Of a stretch of DNA of 64,000 nucleotides, positions 38,489 through 45,447 are shown piece by piece. A program made the translations under genes and the position numbers. How positions within the stretch are numbered: the first letter of the stretch is position 1; each line of letters begins with the position of its first letter. The stretch comes from Candidatus Pelagibacter sp. (lineage in GTDB: Bacteria > Pseudomonadota > Alphaproteobacteria > Paracaedibacterales > CAIOTO01). Under the pieces are notes generated by a model, which did not search any database, had not been told where the DNA came from, and saw nothing but the letters and a program-made list of their open reading frames with translations. The stretch lies in NCBI GenBank assembly GCA_013823725.1, contig PNMQ01000001.1, positions 18,437 through 82,436 of the forward strand. The letters are read 5' to 3'.

Positions 38489-39943
38489 ATGGCCGACAAA
38501 AAAAATTATTCATCTTTACTCGAAGAACTTCTGACAGTTGGAAAGCTGGCACGTGATAAAAGTCAAAAACCATTTGCAATTGCCATGCTAAAAGAGTTTT
38601 TAAATCATCTGAAACAACAAGGAAATGTCACCAGCAGTAATGTTCAGTCATTTGTTGCTACGCGTATTACACAAATTGATGACATCATTTCGTCCCAGTT
38701 AAATGAAATTATACATGATCCTAAATTTCAAAAATTAGAAGCTGCATGGCTTGGTTTGTACTATCTTGTATCCAAAACAAAAACAAATCTTAAATTAAGA
38801 TTACGAATCTTTAATGTATCCAAAGCTGAATTGTTTGCAGATTTGATGAAATCGCCTGAATTTGACCAAAGTGAATTATTTAAAAAAATATACGAAAGAG
38901 AATACGGAACTTTTGGTGGACAACCTTATTCATGTTTAGTGGGTGATTTTGAATTTACCCGTAGTGCAAAAGATATAACGTTACTTGAAAAAATTTCCGC
39001 TGTAGCAGCGGCAGCACACGCACCGTTTATATCGTCTGCTCATCCTCAACTTTTTGACCTTGACGGGTTTCATCAAATTTCAAGACCAAAAGATTTGGGT
39101 AAAACATTTCAAAGTTTAGAACTTGCAAAATGGAATAGCTTTAGAAACAGTGAAGATTCAAGATATGTTGCCTTAGTTTTACCTCGTGTATTAATGAGGC
39201 TTCCATACAATAATACTGATGAATTATTTGAGAATGGATTTCATTTTGCAGAAGATGTGAATGGAATGGATATGCGCCATTTTTCTTGGGGTAATGCAGC
39301 GTATGTTTTGGCTGAACGCATCACTAATGCATTTTATTGGTATGGCTGGACGGCTGCAATCCGCGGTGTTGAAGGTGGTGGTCTTGTTGAAGGATTGCCT
39401 GCTTATGCTTATCGAACCTCAGAAGGGGATCTCGTTGTTAAATGTCCAACAGAGGCAGCCATTACAGATAGGCGTGAACGCGAACTAAGCGAGCAAGGAT
39501 TTATTGGATTATGTCATAGCAAAGGTTCAGATTATGCTGTTTTCTTTGGCGCTCAAACGGTTCAAAGAGTTCGTAAATACGAAGATGAAGATGCAAACGC
39601 CAATGCAGTTTTGGCAACCCGTTTACCTTATGTTTTAGCTGTTTCTCGTTTTGCACATTATATCAAAGTTATTATGCGCGACAAGATAGGTTCTTTTATT
39701 TCTCGTGAACAAATTGAAATTGAACTCAACACATGGCTATCTAACTATATTATTTTGAACGACGATGCCCCACAGGCAGCAAAAGCAAAATATCCTCTCA
39801 GAGAAGGTAGAATAGAAGTTTCAGATGTGCCAGGCTCTCCTGGTTCGTTTAGAGCCGTTGTATATCTAAGGCCTCATTTCCAAATGGAAGAGTTAACAGC
39901 ATCTATTCGTTTGGTCGCTAATTTACCTAAAACAACTGCATAA
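38489..39943 (+). CDS. tssC: Type VI secretion sheath large subunit TssC (VipB)
   Basis: HDPKFQKLEAAWLGLYYLV, YGTFGGQPYSCLVGDFEF, AAAAHAPFISSA, LPRVLMRLPY, FFGAQTVQ, PLREGRIEV (TssC blocks). The ATG at 38489 has an aagga RBS 8 nt upstream; the ORF track uses the TTG at 38483. Confidence 0.93.
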   Translation: MADKKNYSSLLEELLTVGKLARDKSQKPFAIAMLKEFLNHLKQQGNVTSSNVQSFVATRITQIDDIISSQLNEIIHDPKFQKLEAAWLGLYYLVSKTKTNLKLRLRIFNVSKAELFADLMKSPEFDQSELFKKIYEREYGTFGGQPYSCLVGDFEFTRSAKDITLLEKISAVAAAAHAPFISSAHPQLFDLDGFHQISRPKDLGKTFQSLELAKWNSFRNSEDSRYVALVLPRVLMRLPYNNTDELFENGFHFAEDVNGMDMRHFSWGNAAYVLAERITNAFYWYGWTAAIRGVEGGGLVEGLPAYAYRTSEGDLVVKCPTEAAITDRRERELSEQGFIGLCHSKGSDYAVFFGAQTVQRVRKYEDEDANANAVLATRLPYVLAVSRFAHYIKVIMRDKIGSFISREQIEIELNTWLSNYIILNDDAPQAAKAKYPLREGRIEVSDVPGSPGSFRAVVYLRPHFQMEELTASIRLVANLPKTTA

Positions 39944-39969
39944 AATATTGAAAAAAAAGGATTTAAGAC

Positions 39970-40539
39970 ATGGCACCTAATTTTCAGATTGTACAACTCC
40001 CTGGTAAACGAGATTTTCGTATTGCTACAACAGATTCAACTTTTGCCGATCAAGAGATGCCTAATTCCATCCGAACACCGGAATGGATGGTTAAAATTGA
40101 TAACATCATGAGTTCATCTGTTGCAGGATTCAACGATTATGTAGAGCTATTTGGTTGGTACGGAGAATCCAGCCGATTCACAAGCCCTGAAATTAGTGGT
40201 CCTTTATTCACATCAGCAACCCTTCGTCATAGCGATTTAGTATTGGTTGTTCCTTATGGCGGGTATTCTGCACAGTTAGAAAGCAACATGAATTTAGGTG
40301 TTGGTGTTGGAAATTTGACAATTGTACGATTAGGCAATATTGGTCAGATGAAAGTAACAATGCAAAAAATTGAATATAAAACCTGTAAAATCCAAACATG
40401 TCAGCAACAGTTGGATCGTATGATTTTAAATGTGATGGTAGGTTCAAAAATTAATACTGTGTATGTTTATGGTCAAGACGGCCAAAGCCAAGGTCAAATG
40501 GTAAGCCAGGTTGATTATATCAACAATACAGCCCAGTAA
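39970..40539 (+). CDS. Divergent Hcp (TssD)-like tube protein candidate with a ~35-aa N-terminal extension
   Basis: Position immediately after tssC. Weak Hcp-like blocks: EWMVKIDNI (cf. DMFLKIDGI), VELFGWYGESS (cf. IDVLSWSWGMS), DLVLVVPYGGYSAQL...GNLTIVR (cf. DLSFTK..STPxL...LTIRK), TVYVYGQDGQSQG. The match is by eye only. Confidence 0.5.
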   Translation: MAPNFQIVQLPGKRDFRIATTDSTFADQEMPNSIRTPEWMVKIDNIMSSSVAGFNDYVELFGWYGESSRFTSPEISGPLFTSATLRHSDLVLVVPYGGYSAQLESNMNLGVGVGNLTIVRLGNIGQMKVTMQKIEYKTCKIQTCQQQLDRMILNVMVGSKINTVYVYGQDGQSQGQMVSQVDYINNTAQ

Positions 40540-40540
40540 A

Positions 40541-40822
40541 ATGTTACTATTTGATAAACTTAATAACCAAAAAGAACATAAAAAACCGATCAACAAACAA
40601 GATTCTTTGGTTAGTGAATGTTATAACTATTTAGAAACACGTAAGATTAAGATCAACAAAAAGGCGGCAAGTCTTGATGAAGGTCTTTTGAATTATGGCT
40701 TGGATCCTGATCTTTATTCTAAAGTATTGCAAGAAGTTGAAAAAAATATAACACAAGGTTTAGAAAAAAATGATCGACGTATTGAAAAAGTAATATGTGA
40801 CCTGATTTATTTTGCTTACTGA
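40541..40822 (+). CDS. Short TssE (gp25-like)-related protein, N-terminal half only (93 aa)
   Basis: MLLFDKLNNQ...SLVSECYNYLETRK...LLNYGLDPD...ITQGLEKNDRRIEKV parallels TssE LLDRL...SI..dLe.LLNTR...YGlpD...I..fEPRL. It ends ~10 aa after this point, whereas TssE is normally ~130-170 aa. The ATG lies 1 nt after the stop of the Hcp-like gene. Confidence 0.4.
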   Translation: MLLFDKLNNQKEHKKPINKQDSLVSECYNYLETRKIKINKKAASLDEGLLNYGLDPDLYSKVLQEVEKNITQGLEKNDRRIEKVICDLIYFAY

Positions 40823-40872
40823 ATCAAATTACATTATATTATATTTAGTATATATTTCATAATTTGGTTTTA

Positions 40873-41775
40873 ATGTTTAGAAAATGTAGTATTTTATTCT
40901 TTTCCTTCGTAGCTATGACGTCCATCCATGCTTCCCATCATGCTGATATCGTAGAGGCTCAGCACATTCCATCACAGAATTTTGATCAAGCAGATGTTTA
41001 CATGAACCTTCATCAAGTGTTTACTCATATTGATTTGAGTCGGAAAGATGAATTTTGGACTCATTTGAGATCTACAGGAAAGTATGAAACTTTAAAATCT
41101 TTGAACATAAGCTGTTTTTTTGATTATTTATCTGCTGATCATAATCCTTCACCTGACCCTTATGGATTATCACAAATGGCTTATCACTTAACGGTTCTTA
41201 CTATTTTAGGTCCAAAAATTTCACAAATACTCATAGATTCCAATTATGCTTGGGTATTAGATGATGATAAACACTATAATAATGTCTATAGTATTTTTTG
41301 CGATCCTTCTTTTGTTGTGGTTCGTCAAGAAATTTTTGATAGTATGAAATCAACGGGATTCGTATTCTCAGCGATAGAGAATCTGGAAGCGTTTCAATAT
41401 AATCCTGATACAGTCTTGTTGGACAAACTTTATGATTCACAACATCCTGTGACAATTGTTATTGGTGGGAATCGTCTTTCAAAAAAGCATAGCACCTATA
41501 ATAATTATTTCAATCCAGCTTTAAACAGAATAGCTCGATCTGCATATGGTTCAAATAGTTATGCTATATCTTTTGATGATTCTGTGGTTACGATTAGTGC
41601 CGATCATCGTGACCGTCCAAACATTTGTACTAATGCTCTTTCGGCTCAATTATGGGAGTCAGTTGTATGGGATAAGATTGATTCCATTTGGATAGACGAT
41701 TATTCTGATCTTTACAATCAATTTAAAAGCATTATCCCTACCGTACATCATGGAAAAATACAGATAATGCATTAA
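40873..41775 (+). CDS. Hypothetical secreted protein downstream of the T6SS sheath module
   Basis: Signal peptide MFRKCSILFFSFVAMTSIHA from the ATG at 40873. No family recognised. Confidence 0.45.
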   Translation: MFRKCSILFFSFVAMTSIHASHHADIVEAQHIPSQNFDQADVYMNLHQVFTHIDLSRKDEFWTHLRSTGKYETLKSLNISCFFDYLSADHNPSPDPYGLSQMAYHLTVLTILGPKISQILIDSNYAWVLDDDKHYNNVYSIFCDPSFVVVRQEIFDSMKSTGFVFSAIENLEAFQYNPDTVLLDKLYDSQHPVTIVIGGNRLSKKHSTYNNYFNPALNRIARSAYGSNSYAISFDDSVVTISADHRDRPNICTNALSAQLWESVVWDKIDSIWIDDYSDLYNQFKSIIPTVHHGKIQIMH

Positions 41776-41833
41776 TTCATCATAAAATGTGGTTGTATTT
41801 TATAGAGAACAGTTTACCAAATGTATTGGAAAA

Positions 41834-41863
41834 TATAAAAAAAGGGGATCTAAATCCCCTTTT
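41834..41863. terminator. Bidirectional hairpin terminator, copy 1 of a 30-bp exact repeat
   Basis: tataaaaaaaGGGGATctaaATCCCCtttt: an A-run, a 6-bp GC-rich stem, a 4-nt loop and a T-run. Downstream of the 40873..41775 gene. Confidence 0.65.
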
Positions 41864-41943
41864 CCTTTAATTTATATATTTTAATTAATTGTTATATTTA
41901 TTTAAATATAATTATATATATTTAAATTTAAGGATGATGCACC

Positions 41944-42225
41944 ATGAGGAAATTAAAATATGTAATGTCGGGACTTTTATGTACTATAGCCCTTTCGATG
42001 GCTGATGTAGCAGTATTCGCAGCAGCAAATTCAGAAGCACCAGTATTGAGAAGATCAGACTCGTTCGCACCATTACCTAACAGTTCTAATCTGAGTTCTT
42101 TGCAACTACGAGCTTTTGTTGATTCAATGAAAATGATGTTCAATAATATGGATGATTATGGTCCTAATTTGTTCGAAAGAATAGCAAACTTTTCCGGAAG
42201 GATCCAGGCAAAATCGTATATTTAA
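41944..42225 (+). CDS. Small hypothetical secreted protein
   Basis: 93-aa ORF with signal-like SGLLCTIALSMADVAVFAAA. No family recognised. Confidence 0.35.
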   Translation: MRKLKYVMSGLLCTIALSMADVAVFAAANSEAPVLRRSDSFAPLPNSSNLSSLQLRAFVDSMKMMFNNMDDYGPNLFERIANFSGRIQAKSYI

Positions 42226-42229
42226 TGAT

Positions 42230-42475
42230 TTGAAATGGGAAGTATATATTCTAATTCAAAAGTTAGATACAGCGACTGATCTTCTTCAAGAAAACAATCG
42301 TCCATTTTATCTTGATGATATACGCAACACAACAGCACAAAACTATCAGCGTGATGGTAGTAAATTTGAAGAAAATGTGGGAGATGGTTATTTAAAAAAA
42401 ATGGCAGATAGATCACGTTCTGGAGAAAATTATCTTGGATCTCAAAACTATCCAATTTATGTAAATCCTAATTGA
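42230..42475 (+). CDS. Small hypothetical protein (different frame from the preceding ORF)
   Basis: 81-aa ORF starting 5 nt after the previous stop, in another frame. An antisense ORF of similar length (42222..42455) also exists, so the coding strand is uncertain. Confidence 0.25.
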   Translation: MKWEVYILIQKLDTATDLLQENNRPFYLDDIRNTTAQNYQRDGSKFEENVGDGYLKKMADRSRSGENYLGSQNYPIYVNPN

Positions 42476-42574
42476 AATCAGCTTTATACTGTAAGCACAA
42501 AGCACAATCATTTTTAAGGTTCTGCTTTATAAATATGTATTGATTAAGAAGATACTTTGAAAATTTGTAGCAAG

Positions 42575-42604
42575 TATAAAAAAAGGGGATCTAAATCCCC
42601 TTTT
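42575..42604. terminator. Bidirectional hairpin terminator, copy 2 of the 30-bp exact repeat
   Basis: Identical tataaaaaaaGGGGATctaaATCCCCtttt. Lies between the convergent 42230..42475 (+) and 42631..42990 (-) genes. Confidence 0.65.
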
Positions 42605-42630
42605 TTTAATCTCGTCTCAAAATAGATTTA

Positions 42631-42990
42631 TTATTTTGAATTATTCATGTTGGCACATTTCATTTCTTCAAACATATCCCCCATGTTATGTTGCATTTTA
42701 TTTTGTGTATCATTATGGGCTTTTACAAACATCTGAGACACTTTAGCAGCATGTTCAGATGCTTTGTTCATGCTATCTTTTACACGATTCATGCTGTTTT
42801 TGTGGGTTTCATAGCTCATAGGCGCTGCCATCATTTCTTTTGCCATGGAAGTTACTTCTTCAAAAGCTTCTTTCATATAAGAATTTTGCATTTGTACCAT
42901 AGATTTTGAAAATTCCATGGACATTTTCCCCATATCAGAAAATACATCCATCGATTTTTTAGCTTGTTCAGAAAACATTTCTTTATTCAT
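42631..42990 (-). CDS. Methionine-rich phasin-like protein
   Basis: 119 aa, all-helical-looking, with organisation resembling phasin-family proteins (FSEQAKKSMDVFSDMGKMSMEFSKSMVQMQNSYMKEAFEE...). 21 of 119 residues are Met (counted by hand). Confidence 0.4.
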   Translation of the reverse strand: MNKEMFSEQAKKSMDVFSDMGKMSMEFSKSMVQMQNSYMKEAFEEVTSMAKEMMAAPMSYETHKNSMNRVKDSMNKASEHAAKVSQMFVKAHNDTQNKMQHNMGDMFEEMKCANMNNSK

Positions 42991-43026
42991 TGTGTTTGTA
43001 ACCTCCAGGTTATATTTAAAACCAAT

Positions 43027-44319
43027 TTAACACGGTAGCGTAATTTGAACTCTAAGACCACCGTGTGGCGAATTATCTAGTCTGATATCTCCTCCATGTG
43101 CATAAACTAAATCTCTTGCAATACTAAGTCCTAAGCCAACACCTGGAGTATCCAGATTTCTGGCAGCATCTAATCGATAGAACGGTTGAAATACTTTTTC
43201 TCGTTCTTCAATTGGTATGCCTGGACCATCATCATCACAGTTGATAAGAACATGGTGGTTTAAAAGACTAACTTTAATCCATAGGTTATCTGCGTACCTA
43301 AAAGAGTTTACTATAATATTAGTTAAACAACGGTTAATAGAAGTTCTTTTTATTTCAACCCAACACTCTTTAGGTGAAACAAAATTGATTTTTTGCTGAT
43401 CAAAATTATTAACGATTGATTGAATAAAAGGAGTAAGGTTTGTCTTTTTCAAAGCTTCGTATTGCGCACCTCTGGCAAAATGAATAAATTCTTCAACCAT
43501 CGTATGAACGGTTTGAATATCATTGGAAATTTGATTTTTCAATTCTCCTTCTTGTAGCATAGTGCTTGCTAACTTAAGACGAGTAATCGGAGTGCGTAGA
43601 TCATGTGAAACTCCTGCAAGCATTTCAAGGCGTTCGTTTAATAACCTGTTTAGTCTTTTTTTCATTCTTAAAAAGGCAAAACCTACTTTTTTAACTTCTA
43701 ATGCTCCTTCAGGTTTGAAAAGATCTTCATTATCATATCCTCGTCCATATAAATCAGCACTTTCAGCAAGCCTGATAATGGGGCGAATTTGGTTGCGCAT
43801 GAATAAAAAAGATATTGCAGAAAGTAAGGCTGCAGCGATACTGGTTAATATAAGGACCAAAGGTGTTGTTCGGCTAAAAAAGCGTTTCCGTTGCATATAC
43901 ACATCGATAATGTCGTTTTTTTGTTGGAATGAAATAATCACATCATCTGGTGTAAGGCGTATGAAATAGGGTTTGGTCAACGTGGCTCTAAGTGCAAAAA
44001 CTAAAGGCTTATAAAGCCATCCCGAACGGTACTGTCCTGTTGAACTCAGGTGCTGATTCTTTTTTTCTGCGATAACCAAATTCATATTTTTAAAAGCTTG
44101 TCCTTTGATCCATTCAGCATCACGATTTTCGTCATACCATTGACTGATAAATTCAACATTTCCAGCTAGATTTTCAGAAATATTTTTAAGAATAGTTTCA
44201 GTGTGTCGTTCAAAAAATACGTAACTTAAAATAAATTGCAAAATAATAAGAGGTAAAATAACAATCATAAGACTGCGATTTAGAAGTGTTTTGGGTAAAA
44301 AAGATTTAATAAATGGCAT
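43027..44319 (-). CDS. Sensor histidine kinase (EnvZ-like architecture)
   Basis: Two TM segments flank a periplasmic region. H-box LAGVSHDLRTPITRLKL, N-box IVNSFRYA, G-boxes DDDGPGI and GVGLGLSIARDL. Confidence 0.85.
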   Translation of the reverse strand: MPFIKSFLPKTLLNRSLMIVILPLIILQFILSYVFFERHTETILKNISENLAGNVEFISQWYDENRDAEWIKGQAFKNMNLVIAEKKNQHLSSTGQYRSGWLYKPLVFALRATLTKPYFIRLTPDDVIISFQQKNDIIDVYMQRKRFFSRTTPLVLILTSIAAALLSAISFLFMRNQIRPIIRLAESADLYGRGYDNEDLFKPEGALEVKKVGFAFLRMKKRLNRLLNERLEMLAGVSHDLRTPITRLKLASTMLQEGELKNQISNDIQTVHTMVEEFIHFARGAQYEALKKTNLTPFIQSIVNNFDQQKINFVSPKECWVEIKRTSINRCLTNIIVNSFRYADNLWIKVSLLNHHVLINCDDDGPGIPIEEREKVFQPFYRLDAARNLDTPGVGLGLSIARDLVYAHGGDIRLDNSPHGGLRVQITLPC

Positions 44320-44877
44320 AGATGGTTTCCTTAGAATATATAAATGAAAGAAAAAAATGGACGTATTGTAATGGGTTATATGAACTTTAATTTTAATTAT
44401 AGACTAAAAAGACTGAGATTTTAGAAAAATGAAGAAATATATAAAAGCATCTTTAATATTAGTGCTATCACATTAATGGGCTATAGTATTAGTGAATATA
44501 TGTCTTCAATAAAATATAACAATCCATCTTATGGCTATGAATGGGGAATATGTGAATTGTACGTCAAAGTAAACAATGTCATTTTGTGGATTAATGCATA
44601 GACTACGAAAAGTTTTTAAATTCCAATATAACAAGTTCTCATATAGTTGCAAGTTTCATTAAACACATTGAAATGCAGGTTTAAAAAATAAAAAAAGTGT
44701 TTAAAACTTTAGCGACAAAAGCTGAACCTGTGAAAGATCAATAGTTTCTAAAGACAATAGACCAACCTAATTGTACATTTAAACCTGATAATCAGTTTGA
44801 GCTGAAATTCCATTCTTGAAAGTAGAGGGTATTCCCCCAAAATCATTCATACGAAGCGATTACACATTATCTGTAAA

Positions 44878-45447
44878 TTATATACTTTCTAATGTTTCAC
44901 TTTTAGTATGATGAGATGTTACTGAAAATGATGGTTCTTCAATCTGGTGCATAGAATTGTGTGAGTCGTGATGAGGTTTCCATTTATGATTTTCATCTAA
45001 AAAGAAGGCTAAAACTTCTTTGCCTGGAACGTAACAAACTTTAGAAGAAAAATCAGCTAGTTTTTTGTATGGATTAAATATAGGCCTCAGTTGTGCTGTA
45101 TCCATGTGGATGATAGAAAAGAAATGGTCTACATCCAGGAAGAAAATTTCTTGCTGATTGGTTTGATAAACAAGACTATACCGACATTTTGTAATCTGTG
45201 TATGTTCGTCTAGATAATGTCCCATATGGATGACGGGTAGAACATGGTCTCGCCATAAACGATATTGATCGACGTCATATTGAGATTCTTTGGTTTCGAA
45301 ATTTGTCCGGTGCCGTTCATCCCTGTTGGTATTTAAAGGAGATTGATTTTTCTCATATTCCTTCAAATCAATAATTTCTAAAAGCTGATAAGTTGGTAGT
45401 GCAATATGGTATAGTCCAGCTTTGACTAATAAAACATCTTTGCTCAT
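44878..45447 (-). CDS. cheW: CheW-like coupling protein (divergent) with a His/Ser-rich C-terminal tail
   Basis: The start overlaps the cheA stop (ATGA). N-terminal VLLVKAGLYHIALPTYQLLEIIDL resembles the CheW-domain beginning. Divergent otherwise. Confidence 0.5.
   Translation of the reverse strand: MSKDVLLVKAGLYHIALPTYQLLEIIDLKEYEKNQSPLNTNRDERHRTNFETKESQYDVDQYRLWRDHVLPVIHMGHYLDEHTQITKCRYSLVYQTNQQEIFFLDVDHFFSIIHMDTAQLRPIFNPYKKLADFSSKVCYVPGKEVLAFFLDENHKWKPHHDSHNSMHQIEEPSFSVTSHHTKSETLESI

Noticed and set aside
37711-40539. Possibility that the tssB-tssC-189-aa trio is a Francisella-type iglA-iglB-iglC (T6SS-ii) locus
   Set aside because: TssB and TssC carry canonical T6SS-i blocks (PRVQITYDV..., LPRVLMRLPY). 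TssK has the canonical WxEGMxLxPxHFQQ N-terminus. The 189-aa protein has faint Hcp-like, not IglC-like, blocks. Only a phylogeny can settle the subtype.
42222-42455. 77-aa minus-strand ORF opposite the 81-aa plus-strand ORF
   Set aside because: The two mutually antisense ORFs cannot both be assumed real. Neither has a recognisable motif. I listed the plus-strand one at low confidence because it is co-directional with the upstream small secreted ORF and ends before the shared terminator.
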